This document shows, one piece after another, positions 9,925-19,730 of a DNA stretch of 64,000 bases. This DNA comes from Nitrospirales bacterium (GTDB lineage: Bacteria > Nitrospirota > Nitrospiria > Nitrospirales > UBA8639). Each line of letters opens with the position of its first letter. The stretch's first letter is position 1. A program made the position numbers and the translations under genes. The stretch spans positions 320,001 through 384,000 of the forward strand of contig CBDCWC010000002.1 of assembly GCA_965223295.1 (NCBI GenBank). The letters are read 5' to 3'. The notes under the pieces were generated by a model that was given only the letters and a program-made list of their open reading frames with translations, ran no database searches and was not told the origin of the DNA.

Positions 9925-11349
9925 ATGAGCCGTACGATTACCCTCCCTAACTATGGAAATGCCACTGATGAAATCATGGCCAAGAAAAATGATGAAACCC
10001 CTGTTCAGGAGGCCGCAGCTCCCAAGCCTCTTCGCAGAGTGACCAGCCTACCTGCTCCTACCTCGATAGCTGAGACCGGATTGCCGGAAGAACTACTCGT
10101 GCAATTGTTAGTACGGACGTTGTTTACGCAGGGAGAGCTCACCGAGAAGACTGCAGGTGAGATTATGAAACTCCCCCTTGGTGTGATGAAGGAACTATTT
10201 GCGCTGGTTCAGCGAGAAAAATACTGCGAGATCAAAGGCCATGGGGAATCGTTAGGTGTCTTGCTTCGCTATGTACTGACTGAATCTGGTCGTGAGCGAG
10301 CCAAGGGCTATATGGAGTTGTGTCGGTATGTGGGGCCAGCACCCGTGACTTTAGACGAGTATGTGACGATGATCAAAAATCAGCCGGTTCATGACCTCAC
10401 GATTGATCGACAAACCGTGACCTCCACGACCGAGCATTTGGTGCTCACGCCTGGAACGGTTGACCAAATTGGTGAGGCGGTCAACTCGGGTTGGGCGATA
10501 TTTTTGTATGGGCCTCCTGGAAATGGGAAAACAGTGTTGGCTGAAGCCATTGGGAAAATGTTGGAATCGGTTGGAGGTGGAGAAGTCTATATTCCTTACG
10601 CCATAGAAATTGATGGGCAAATTATTCAAATATATGACCCGATTACGCATGTGAAGGTGGATACGCCTCAAGAAGAGTCCCGTTCTTTGATTGAAGCTAA
10701 AAAGGAATACGATACTCGTTGGGTACTCTGTAAACGTCCCATTGAGTTTGCTGGTGGTGAGTTAACCATGGCCACTCTTGATTTATCCTTTAACCCTTCC
10801 GCAAAGTATTACAAGGCGCCGCCACACATCAAGGCGAATGGAGGGGTATTTCTTATTGATGACTTTGGCCGCCAGTTAGTCCGTCCCAGAGATCTGCTAA
10901 ATCGCTGGATTGTCCCTTTGGAAAAACGAGTCGACTACTTGACCTTGCATACAGGAAAGGTTTTTCAGATTCCTTTTGAAACCATTGTCTTGTTTGCTAC
11001 AAATTTAGAGCCGGCCAAGCTGGCGGATGAAGCCTTTCTTCGCCGTATTCGGAACAAGGTATACATAGCCGATCCGACTCCGGAACGTTTTAAGCAGATC
11101 TTTGAAGAAGTGTGCAAGAGAAAAGGGGTGCCTTTCGAAGAAAGTGCTGTTGACTATCTCCTTAAAGACATTTACGAAAAATATCAACTGAACATGCGGA
11201 GTTGTCACCCTCGGGATATTTTGGAGCAAATCATTAGTATCGCGAAATTTAATAGTGTGCCACCGAGTTTATCTAAGAAGTTCATTGACCGAGCCTGCCA
11301 CACGTATTTCTTTGTGGAGGCAGCCGAGTACGAACAAAGTTCAAACTAG
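9925..11349 (+). CDS. AAA-family ATPase of unknown function
   Basis: Walker A GPPGNGKT; Walker B-like VFLIDDFGRQ; FATNL; DEAFLRR. Confidence 0.85.
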   Translation: MSRTITLPNYGNATDEIMAKKNDETPVQEAAAPKPLRRVTSLPAPTSIAETGLPEELLVQLLVRTLFTQGELTEKTAGEIMKLPLGVMKELFALVQREKYCEIKGHGESLGVLLRYVLTESGRERAKGYMELCRYVGPAPVTLDEYVTMIKNQPVHDLTIDRQTVTSTTEHLVLTPGTVDQIGEAVNSGWAIFLYGPPGNGKTVLAEAIGKMLESVGGGEVYIPYAIEIDGQIIQIYDPITHVKVDTPQEESRSLIEAKKEYDTRWVLCKRPIEFAGGELTMATLDLSFNPSAKYYKAPPHIKANGGVFLIDDFGRQLVRPRDLLNRWIVPLEKRVDYLTLHTGKVFQIPFETIVLFATNLEPAKLADEAFLRRIRNKVYIADPTPERFKQIFEEVCKRKGVPFEESAVDYLLKDIYEKYQLNMRSCHPRDILEQIISIAKFNSVPPSLSKKFIDRACHTYFFVEAAEYEQSSN

Positions 11350-11397
11350 AGACGTTTCCCTCTTCTCATTCTTTTCTCACGCCATAGTCCTCTTTCC

Positions 11398-11434
11398 AAG
11401 GACAGAAGGAGGAGCTTCCTCCTCGTCTGTCCTT
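11398..11434 (+). terminator. Strong hairpin after the AAA ATPase, possibly a terminator
   Basis: AAGGACAG-AAGGAGG pairs with CCTCCT-CGT-CTGTCCTT; no clear U-tract follows. Confidence 0.4.
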
Positions 11435-11669
11435 ATCGGTTCAATACCACCACACCTCTGTCTGAGGAATCTAGAATGCAGGATTGGCCGATCCTTTTTT
11501 TCGCCTCGTGGCCTGATCTATGGTAGTCTTTTTTTGCGATTAGCAACTAGAGTAATCGTTGTTGTACCCGAATAAGAAAACGCGTTTCCTGTACTGATGA
11601 AATTTTTTTAAAAAAATTTCAGTAGGTGCCCGCATATTTTCTGATCCGTATTCTTATGGAGAACTTGTT

Positions 11670-12362
11670 ATGACTGCAACTGTCCTAGTTGTTGATGATG
11701 AAAAAGATCTAGTGGAGCTGGTCCGTTATCATTTGGAAAAGGAAGGTCTGGTATGCCTGGAAGCCAGAGATGGAGAGACTGCACTCCAATTGGCCAGAGA
11801 ACGGATGCCCGACCTGGTTGTCCTCGATCTCATGTTGCCAGGTGTAGATGGTTTGGAGGTGTGTCGCAAACTTCGAAAAGATCACAAGACTGCTTCAATC
11901 GCTATTATTATGCTGACAGCAAAAGCAGAAGAAGTTGATCGCATTGTTGGCTTGGAAATGGGTGCGGATGACTACATGGTGAAACCGTTTAGTCCACGTG
12001 AGCTTGTGGCTCGTGTGAAGGCTGTGTTGCGACGAGGACAAACGCAAGACCTTACGACTCACAAACGAATAGGGACGCTTGTGGTTGATGAGGGAAAGCA
12101 TCAGGTGTCTGTGGAAGGGAGAGTGGTGGAACTGACGGTCAAAGAATTTGATCTCTTGTGTGGCTTGATAAAGGCTAACGGACGTGTGCTGAATCGCGAT
12201 CAGATCATGGAAGCGGTCTGGGGCTACTCGAATGCCGTCGATATTGAATCTCGTACGGTAGATGTGCATGTTCGTCGACTCAGGGAAAAATTAGGCGATG
12301 AGCAGAAGCGCATCGTGACCGTAAAGGGCGTCGGATATCGTTTTGATGCGGAGATGGATTGA
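11670..12362 (+). CDS. phoB: Phosphate regulon response regulator (OmpR/PhoB family)
   Basis: Receiver plus winged helix (SRTVDVHVRRLREKL); upstream of a PhoR-like kinase and the pst operon. Confidence 0.88.
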   Translation: MTATVLVVDDEKDLVELVRYHLEKEGLVCLEARDGETALQLARERMPDLVVLDLMLPGVDGLEVCRKLRKDHKTASIAIIMLTAKAEEVDRIVGLEMGADDYMVKPFSPRELVARVKAVLRRGQTQDLTTHKRIGTLVVDEGKHQVSVEGRVVELTVKEFDLLCGLIKANGRVLNRDQIMEAVWGYSNAVDIESRTVDVHVRRLREKLGDEQKRIVTVKGVGYRFDAEMD

Positions 12363-12394
12363 TGTGTGCTTATTCATGAATGGAGAGACAATGA

Positions 12395-13753
12395 ATGAGT
12401 AATGCTCCTTTCGTTCGTGGGGGCTGGATGCTCGCCTCCATGGTTGTGGTTGGAGGAGGTGTTGCTTGGGGATGGGCTTGGTGGTTCATTGGTTTACTTG
12501 GGTTTGGGCTGCTCAGTGCTGCGTATATGACCGCGAGAAATGCTTGGAATCAGAGTCGTGATAATGATGAAAAGATTCGCACAAGTGTGAATGAGTTGCA
12601 GCAGGTCGTACATGGTCCAGATGTTCGTTCTTCTCTTCCTGTCTCGCCTGAGGCTGTCGGTGCTGCACTTAAACAAGCTGTCGCTCAAGCCAAATCCCGT
12701 ATGGCCAATCTTGAAGATGAGCGCGCGAAGATTGTGGCGATTATGGAGAATTTGGTGGAAGGCGTTTTGGCTTTTGATCCTCAAGGGCAGGTCTTGTTCA
12801 GTAATCCCAGCGCATGTCGGATTCTTGGATTAGATGGACAGCAATTAATGGGACGGTCAGTGTGGGAAGTTGTTCGTCATGCCGAATTAGCAGAACTCGT
12901 CGAGCGCAGCCGAAAGCTTGATCTTCATGACAGTCACCGTGTGGAGATGAATCTTCATGCCCCCACGCCTATGGCGGTAGAAGTCTATGGATTGCCGTTT
13001 CCCCTGGTTCATGAGAAAAATGGAAGTGTACTCGTATTACATGATGTTACGGAATTACGACGTTTAGAACAGGTCCGCGCGGAATTCATTGATAATGTGT
13101 CGCATGAGTTGCGAACACCGCTGGCCGCGATCATCGGTTATTTGGAAACGTTGATAGATGAACCCACTCTGGATACGCCCAATAATCGCAAATTTGTCCA
13201 TGTGGCACACCAACATGCCGAGCGGCTCAGTCGACTTGTGGATGACTTGCGAAGCCTCTCAGAAATCGAATCAGGAAAAGTGGTCTTGCGATGCGAAGCT
13301 GTTGGATTACAGGACATTGTGAATGAAGTAGTTGAAATGTTTCAACCTCAAGTCCAGAAGAAGCAGATTCATCTGGACAACCAGATTGATGATGGGGCAC
13401 GAGTGTGGGTTGACCGTGACCGTATCATCCAAATCCTTTTGAATCTTGTCGACAATGCCATTAAATATTCATCAGAGAGAGGGAGTATTGTTTTTCAGAT
13501 GCAGCGATTGGACAAGTCTCTAGTTCTACACGTGAAAGATACAGGACAGGGGATTCCTTCGACTGACTTGGTGAGGATCACCGAACGTTTTTACCGCGTG
13601 GATCGGGCTCGCTCACGGGAAGAGGGAGGAACTGGTTTGGGTTTATCTATCGTCAAACATCTGGTGAATCTACTGAACGGGCAACTTCGTATTCACAGTG
13701 CATTAGGGAAAGGTACGACAGTAGAAGTGGAGTTGCCAATCTCTACCAAATAA
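12395..13753 (+). CDS. phoR: Phosphate regulon sensor histidine kinase
   Basis: TM, PAS, H-box NVSHELRTPL, N-box NLVDNAIKY, ERFYRVDRARSR, GGTGLGLSIV. Confidence 0.88.
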   Translation: MSNAPFVRGGWMLASMVVVGGGVAWGWAWWFIGLLGFGLLSAAYMTARNAWNQSRDNDEKIRTSVNELQQVVHGPDVRSSLPVSPEAVGAALKQAVAQAKSRMANLEDERAKIVAIMENLVEGVLAFDPQGQVLFSNPSACRILGLDGQQLMGRSVWEVVRHAELAELVERSRKLDLHDSHRVEMNLHAPTPMAVEVYGLPFPLVHEKNGSVLVLHDVTELRRLEQVRAEFIDNVSHELRTPLAAIIGYLETLIDEPTLDTPNNRKFVHVAHQHAERLSRLVDDLRSLSEIESGKVVLRCEAVGLQDIVNEVVEMFQPQVQKKQIHLDNQIDDGARVWVDRDRIIQILLNLVDNAIKYSSERGSIVFQMQRLDKSLVLHVKDTGQGIPSTDLVRITERFYRVDRARSREEGGTGLGLSIVKHLVNLLNGQLRIHSALGKGTTVEVELPISTK

Positions 13754-13757
13754 TTTT

Positions 13758-13948
13758 CTATAGGGCACCTCTAAAAACTGTCCTTTTCCCGATGGCGGCG
13801 TTAGCAGCGTGCTTACAGCCTTCGGCGCGCACAGACTTGGTGCTCTTCGCATCGTTCGCCCTCATGTATTGGCCCATACACTCCGGTTTTCCGCGCGCCG
13901 CTTCCTTGCCCTCAGAAAAAATCATCAGTTTTTAGAGGTGCCCTATAG
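13758..13948. mobile_element. MITE-like element with perfect 23-bp terminal inverted repeats
   Basis: CTATAGGGCACCTCTAAAAACTG (13758-13780) and its exact reverse complement (13926-13948); no credible coding content. Confidence 0.75.
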
Positions 13949-14114
13949 TGTTTACGAAGCTTTTCCTCTAGTTCCTCATTTCCGATGTGTTCTATCGGGA
14001 ATCCATCTCAGAGGCAGGATGATCCTCATGAAACGTGACTGAAAAGTTTTGTTGGATGAGTGCTGCACTTCTCTAAGTTTTCTACTTATTTTCTACTTTG
14101 TTTTCCGCAAAAAC

Positions 14115-14154
14115 GTTACACAGTTGTAACCTGATCCCAACGTGCTAGCAACAT
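14115..14154 (+). promoter_or_regulatory. Pho-box-like array of four heptamers at 11-bp period
   Basis: GTTACAC 14115, GTAACCT 14126, CCAACGT 14137, GCAACAT 14148. Confidence 0.55.
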
Positions 14155-14221
14155 GTTCTGATTAGGATAGGGTAACCGAGTTGATCTTGTGATGAATAAC
14201 GAACAACCTTGGAGGTGGAAA

Positions 14222-14473
14222 ATGATGTCAATGAGGAGAAGGGGGACTGGTAAATGGTTTGTTGATGAGTATGAGAAGCAAAACGTTTTGAATTACATTG
14301 AAAGTGAAGAAACTGTCACATTGGAAATGATTGTCCAACGATTTCCATGGCTTCAATGGGGCGATTTGTTTTCGATAGTGGGAGGATTTCGGCGAGATGG
14401 TTTGATTGCTGTACATCAAGTTGGCTCTCGTTTGGAAATACGAATGATAAAACAACTCACCCATATGGTCTAG
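14222..14473 (+). CDS. Small hypothetical protein between phoR and pstS
   Basis: GGAGGTGG RBS; 83-aa ORF lying between two Pho-box-like arrays. Confidence 0.6.
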   Translation: MMSMRRRGTGKWFVDEYEKQNVLNYIESEETVTLEMIVQRFPWLQWGDLFSIVGGFRRDGLIAVHQVGSRLEIRMIKQLTHMV

Positions 14474-14502
14474 GTTTAATAGAGTTTTTGAATTTGGTGG
14501 CA

Positions 14503-14531
14503 TGTAACACGTTTGTAACATGGCTGTCACA
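14503..14531 (+). promoter_or_regulatory. Pho boxes upstream of pstS
   Basis: TGTAACA 14503, TGTAACA 14514, TGTCACA 14525: direct repeats at 11-bp period. Confidence 0.75.
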
Positions 14532-14593
14532 TTGGGGAAATCTTACAAAGATACAATACTTCACTTGATTGTAATAGAAGAGAGGAAAGCTTC

Positions 14594-15607
14594 ATGAAAG
14601 GCACAATAAAAAGAACTGCTAAGAGAATTGGGACCGTGGTTATTGGGTTATTATTGGGGTGGTCTGGGGTCGGTGGATTTGATTCGTCGACGGCTTGGGC
14701 GAAGGAGTCGATGGAGGATCTAGCATGGACAACTTACAGCAAAGTGAGTGGCATTTCAGGCAATATCAATAGCATTGGCTCCGACACGCTGAATAACTTG
14801 ATGACCTTATGGGCGGAAGGATTTCGAAAGCAATATCCCAATGTCAAGGTTCAGATAGAGGGGAAGGGGTCGAGTACTGCGCCTCCAGCCTTGATTGAAG
14901 GCACAGCTCAATTGGGTCCGATGTCGCGAAAGATGAAAGGAAAAGAGATTGATAAGTTCGAGGCGAAATTCGGATATAAGCCAACGCCAGTTCCCGTTGC
15001 AATTGATGCCCTAGCGGTCTATGTCAATAAAGATAATCCAATCAAGGGGATGTCAATGGAAGAGGTTGACGCGGTCTTTTCCAAGACGAGAAGACGTGGG
15101 CATAGGGTCAACATTGCACAATGGGGAAATGCCGGGCTGACTGGGCCATGGGAAAAAACACGGGTCAGCATCTATGGTCGGAATTCAGCTTCAGGCACCT
15201 ATGGATTTTTCAAGAAAAAGGTTCTGAACAATGGAGATTATAAGGATGAGGTGAAAGAACAGCCTGGCTCTGCTTCCGTTGTGCAAGGTGTGACAGAAGA
15301 TCGAGGGGGCATTGGCTATAGCGGTATTGGATATAAAACCTCAGGAGTACGGGCCATTCCTTTATCGGCTAAAAGAGGAAAACCATTTTATGAACCGACC
15401 TTTGAAAATGCGGGTACAGGAAAATATCCCTTGGCTCGTTTTCTCTATGTGTACGTGAATAAGGCACCTGGAAAACCCTTGTCTCCACTAGTCAAAGAAT
15501 TCTTAACCTTTGTCTATAGCAAAGAGGGACAACAGGTTGTCATTAAGGATGGATATTTCCCTTTACCTCAGAATCTTATCACTAAAAAACTTGGGGATCT
15601 TCAATAG
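14594..15607 (+). CDS. pstS: Phosphate ABC transporter substrate-binding protein
   Basis: [25 protein letters not shown] and [10 protein letters not shown] motifs. Confidence 0.95.
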   Translation: MKGTIKRTAKRIGTVVIGLLLGWSGVGGFDSSTAWAKESMEDLAWTTYSKVSGISGNINSIGSDTLNNLMTLWAEGFRKQYPNVKVQIEGKGSSTAPPALIEGTAQLGPMSRKMKGKEIDKFEAKFGYKPTPVPVAIDALAVYVNKDNPIKGMSMEEVDAVFSKTRRRGHRVNIAQWGNAGLTGPWEKTRVSIYGRNSASGTYGFFKKKVLNNGDYKDEVKEQPGSASVVQGVTEDRGGIGYSGIGYKTSGVRAIPLSAKRGKPFYEPTFENAGTGKYPLARFLYVYVNKAPGKPLSPLVKEFLTFVYSKEGQQVVIKDGYFPLPQNLITKKLGDLQ

Positions 15608-15720
15608 AAAGGTTCTCGTGCCTTATGACGAAGATTAAGAATAGCGATAATGTCATTTTTCAATGTCCGCAGTCACATTGCTGAGGGCATTGATGCCTTG
15701 AATAACCCCATACTCATCCT

Positions 15721-18027
15721 ATGAATAGCGCACAATCCAGGGTTGGTCCAGCTCCCTCCCTCCCTCGGACTTCTTTTTTTTCGAGAATCGGAGTTCGGAC
15801 TATCAGACGATGGACGGATAAGCTGGCCACGGCCATTGTGACCTTTGGGGGATTAGCGACCATTCTGAGTATTCTTGGTATTTTTCTTTATCTTTTTATA
15901 GAAGTTGTTCCGTTATTTTATTCGGCTTCAGCAACAGAAGGATCAAGCATTTCTGTGAAGGCTCAGAGTTCTGCAGGTGAATTGCCGAGTCAGGTTGGTG
16001 TGGGTGTTGATGAGTACATGAAAGTTGCCTATGTCATTCACGGGGGGCATATTGCGGTGTTCCATGTAGAATCGGGAAAGCCGATCCCTGTTGATAAGTC
16101 TTTGAATCTAGAAGAGGAGTTTATTACGGCTGTTGGCCGGTCAGGCACTCAAGGCAATAGCTATGGTCTTGGAACAGCAGATGGTCGAGTGATTCCCTTG
16201 GCAATCGATTTTCGGGTGAACTTTCTTGATGGAGTCCGGAGTATTCAACCGGAAGTGTCAATCGGCGATCCATTAGTGATTTTTGAGACATCGAAGCCCA
16301 TTGAGCGATTAGCTTATCGTGAAACGAATGATGGTGGCTCAGTTTCTGCTGCCGTGAGTGAGACAGGGAAGATCCAGATTTTGAAAATGGTTGAAGAAGA
16401 AGGAGGCCTATTTTCTTCTGAAGTAGAACAAACTCTGAGTCGAGGACAACTCCCATTGGAAGCCACGAGCGTGCCCACGGCCCTACTCTTGGACGGGGAA
16501 GGTGAAACGTTGGTTGTGGGAACAACACAAGGCCAACTCTTGTATTGGAACATTACAGCAGCGGAGGCTCCCAGGCTGATGGGGACTTATCAAGCTGCCG
16601 CATTTTCAGAAGAGAGTATCACGGCACTGTCATATCTAATCGGCGATCGAACCATTGTCGTAGGAACGAGTACAGGAAACGTGTCAGTTTGGATGCCCTT
16701 TGTTGACCCAGATAAAGGTGGAGATCCTCGGTTAACAGAAGTTCGGACATTTTCTCAACATCAAAAAGCTGTCACTACAATATCTCCATCGCAGCGGGAT
16801 AAGGGATTTTTGACCGCCGATGCCAGTGGAGAAGTGTTTCTTCATCATTCCACTTCTGGGCAAACATTAGCGAAGATTTCTGGTCAGGGAAGCCCAGTTC
16901 AGTCTGTCATGTTTTCCCCAAAAGGTGATGGCGTGATTTTGGCGGATCGCTCTGGAAAGGTCATGACCTATGAGATCGAGAACGAACATCCTGAAACAAC
17001 AATGGCGTCAATTTTTAGGCCTGTTCTTTATGAAGGGTATGACCAACCTCATCATATTTGGCAATCCTCCAGTGGATCTGATGACTTTGAACCCAAATTC
17101 GGCTTATGGCCACTTATTTGGGGAACGTTAAAGGGAACGTTTTATGCCATGTTATTGGCAACGCCACTAGCCATATTCGGGGCTATCTATACGGCGATGT
17201 TTATGCATCCGGACCTTCGGTCAGTGGTCAAGCCAGTGGTGGAAATTATGGAGGCGTTGCCGACTGTTGTGTTGGGTTTCTTAGCCGGTCTCTGGTTAGC
17301 CCCCTTACTTGAGAAAATTTTTCCAGCGGTTGTAGGGATGTTTTTCATGATTCCACTAGCGTTGGTCTCGATGTGTTTGCTCTGGCAGGTCCTACCTGCT
17401 TGGGTGAGACGTGGGGCTGGATCGACAACAGAATTTTTGGCTTTTGTGGTTGTCTTGCTAGGATCCCTGTATCTCTGTATTTCTTTCAATACACACATTG
17501 AATCGTGGTTGTTTCATGGAGACTATAAGGAATGGCTATCCTCCACATTTGGTGTAGGGTATGACCAACGTAATGCCATGGTTATTGCCTTTGCCATGGG
17601 CATGGCGGTCATCCCCACGATTTTTAGTATTTCCGAAGACTCGATTAATAATGTCCCACGGCAGTTAATTGCTGGTTCACTGGCGTTGGGTGCGACGCCT
17701 TGGCAAACTTTGACCAAGTTAGTCATCGTGTCCGCCAGTCCAGGGTTATTTTCAGCATTGATGATCGGTCTGGGCCGGGTCGTTGGAGAGACGATGATTG
17801 TGCTTATGGCTACGGGAAATACGCCAGTGATGGATATGAATCTCTTTAATGGGTTTCGTACCTTGTCTGCGAACATTGCCGTGGAAATGCCTGAAGCTCC
17901 AGAAGGGGGAACATTGTTTCGGTTGCTCTTTTTGGCAGGGCTGATTTTGTTTGCTTTTACCTCTGTGGTGAATACGATTGCTGAAATTATTCGTCAAAGA
18001 CTTCGTGCGAAGTATAGTCAGTTCTAA
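15721..18027 (+). CDS. pstC: Phosphate ABC transporter permease PstC with a large WD40-like extracytoplasmic insert
   Basis: KPVVEIMEALPTVVLG, GRVVGETMIVLMATGN, RTLSANIAVEMPEA; beta-propeller-like repeats in the N-terminal half. Confidence 0.92.
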   Translation: MNSAQSRVGPAPSLPRTSFFSRIGVRTIRRWTDKLATAIVTFGGLATILSILGIFLYLFIEVVPLFYSASATEGSSISVKAQSSAGELPSQVGVGVDEYMKVAYVIHGGHIAVFHVESGKPIPVDKSLNLEEEFITAVGRSGTQGNSYGLGTADGRVIPLAIDFRVNFLDGVRSIQPEVSIGDPLVIFETSKPIERLAYRETNDGGSVSAAVSETGKIQILKMVEEEGGLFSSEVEQTLSRGQLPLEATSVPTALLLDGEGETLVVGTTQGQLLYWNITAAEAPRLMGTYQAAAFSEESITALSYLIGDRTIVVGTSTGNVSVWMPFVDPDKGGDPRLTEVRTFSQHQKAVTTISPSQRDKGFLTADASGEVFLHHSTSGQTLAKISGQGSPVQSVMFSPKGDGVILADRSGKVMTYEIENEHPETTMASIFRPVLYEGYDQPHHIWQSSSGSDDFEPKFGLWPLIWGTLKGTFYAMLLATPLAIFGAIYTAMFMHPDLRSVVKPVVEIMEALPTVVLGFLAGLWLAPLLEKIFPAVVGMFFMIPLALVSMCLLWQVLPAWVRRGAGSTTEFLAFVVVLLGSLYLCISFNTHIESWLFHGDYKEWLSSTFGVGYDQRNAMVIAFAMGMAVIPTIFSISEDSINNVPRQLIAGSLALGATPWQTLTKLVIVSASPGLFSALMIGLGRVVGETMIVLMATGNTPVMDMNLFNGFRTLSANIAVEMPEAPEGGTLFRLLFLAGLILFAFTSVVNTIAEIIRQRLRAKYSQF

Positions 18028-18034
18028 TGTACCA

Positions 18035-19666
18035 ATGAAAACATTTCTTCAAAAATTCTGGAACTCGGGGACGCTGTTCATTTGGATATGTGGGGGAGCC
18101 GTGGCGACCTCCGTATTAATGGTCAGCGGGGTGCTCTTGCTCATTATGGTGAATGGGTTAGGGTATTTTTGGCCATCCAATCTCGTAGAGTTCGAACTCT
18201 CTGACGGCAAGAAAATTTTGGGCGAGGTCAAACATCGGGAAGTGATTCCCAGTTCTGTATCGGAGCGACTTCCCGAAGGAAAGAGTCGGCTCAATTTGAA
18301 AATCGGCAATCGTGATCTGTATGGATTGGATTTTCGGTGGATTGATGAAGATCAAATTGTTCGTAACCACATGCCATTAGCGGCTACAGTCTTCGAGCGC
18401 CGAGAATGGGGGAATTTCTATGGTTATGTCGAGGAAATCAGGCAAGGGGAATCCGTGCTGGTTTCTGGCGAAGAAAGTTGGAAATTGCTTAATCCTCTCA
18501 TAGAAAAGGCCAATGCGCTGCACGAAGAGATTGCCTCTATTGAAAAAGATGAAATTGGTGATATTAATCATGAGATTGAGCAGGCACGTTTGCGTATCAA
18601 AGGATTGGAGCTACAAGGAAAGAGTGGGTCTTCAGAAATTTCCGACCTGACCGCAGATGTGAGAAACCTTGAATCCCAATATGAACAACATGTTCAGGGT
18701 TTGGACGTGCTCCGAGAACAACTACGGGAGTACGCTATTGTGTTGCGAGATACGAATGGCGAGATAAAGGAACTGCCGATTGGGCAAATTATAGCCGCTC
18801 TTCGGCCAAATGAGATGAGTGTGTTCGAGAAAGCTCTCACGTACGTAAAAAACTTTTGGAATGTATTGACTGAGGAGCCTCGTGAAGCCAATACCGAAGG
18901 TGGAATTTTCCCCGCTATTTTTGGAACCGTTATGATGGTATTGATCATGAGTGTGGCTGTTGTGCCTTTTGGTGTGTTAGCCGCGTTCTACCTTCGTGAA
19001 TATGCTAAGCAAGGCCCTCTGACTCGTGCCGTGCGGATTGCGGTCAATAACCTTGCTGGCGTGCCCTCAATCGTGTTTGGAGTGTTTGGCCTCGGCTTCT
19101 TTGTCTATGCGGTAGGAGGTACGATTGATACGTTCTTTTATCCTGAAGCCTTTCCGAATCCAACCTTTGGGACAGGCGGGATTTTATGGGCTTCTCTGAC
19201 CTTAGCCTTGATGACTGTCCCGGTTGTGATTGTGTCGACGGAAGAAGGATTGTCGGCGGTCCCCAAAGAATACCGGGAAGGGTCAGTTGCACTTGGTGCC
19301 ACAAAAATAGAAACGATGATTCGAGTCATTTTGCCTACGGCACTTCCAGGAATTCTTACTGGCCTGATCTTGGCAATCTCCAGAGCCACCGGGGAAGTGG
19401 CACCACTCATGTTAACCGGAGTGGTGAAGCTTGCGCCGTCTTTACCAGTCGATGGTCTGTTCCCTTTTGTCCATCTTGACCGAAAATTTATGCATTTGGG
19501 TTTTCATATTTATGATGTAGGATTTCAGTCGCCGAATGTCGAAGCAGCAAAGCCTATGGTGTATGTCACGACGCTGGTGCTGGTTTTGGTTGTGGTCATG
19601 TTGAATATTACCGCTATTGCTGTGAGAAATCATATGCGGAAGAAGCTGCGTGGGGCTTCTGTTTAG
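18035..19666 (+). CDS. pstA: Phosphate ABC transporter permease PstA with a coiled-coil insert
   Basis: EANTEGGIFPAIFGT, NNLAGVPSIVFG and SRATGEVAPL motifs. Confidence 0.92.
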   Translation: MKTFLQKFWNSGTLFIWICGGAVATSVLMVSGVLLLIMVNGLGYFWPSNLVEFELSDGKKILGEVKHREVIPSSVSERLPEGKSRLNLKIGNRDLYGLDFRWIDEDQIVRNHMPLAATVFERREWGNFYGYVEEIRQGESVLVSGEESWKLLNPLIEKANALHEEIASIEKDEIGDINHEIEQARLRIKGLELQGKSGSSEISDLTADVRNLESQYEQHVQGLDVLREQLREYAIVLRDTNGEIKELPIGQIIAALRPNEMSVFEKALTYVKNFWNVLTEEPREANTEGGIFPAIFGTVMMVLIMSVAVVPFGVLAAFYLREYAKQGPLTRAVRIAVNNLAGVPSIVFGVFGLGFFVYAVGGTIDTFFYPEAFPNPTFGTGGILWASLTLALMTVPVVIVSTEEGLSAVPKEYREGSVALGATKIETMIRVILPTALPGILTGLILAISRATGEVAPLMLTGVVKLAPSLPVDGLFPFVHLDRKFMHLGFHIYDVGFQSPNVEAAKPMVYVTTLVLVLVVVMLNITAIAVRNHMRKKLRGASV

Positions 19667-19730
19667 GGACTTTTCTGCCTGATACTTCTATGTCATCTAT
19701 TCGTTTCATTCCACGGGGGAAATCGATACA

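Noticed and set aside
13809-14042. 77-aa ORF
   Set aside because: Mostly inside the MITE; likely spurious
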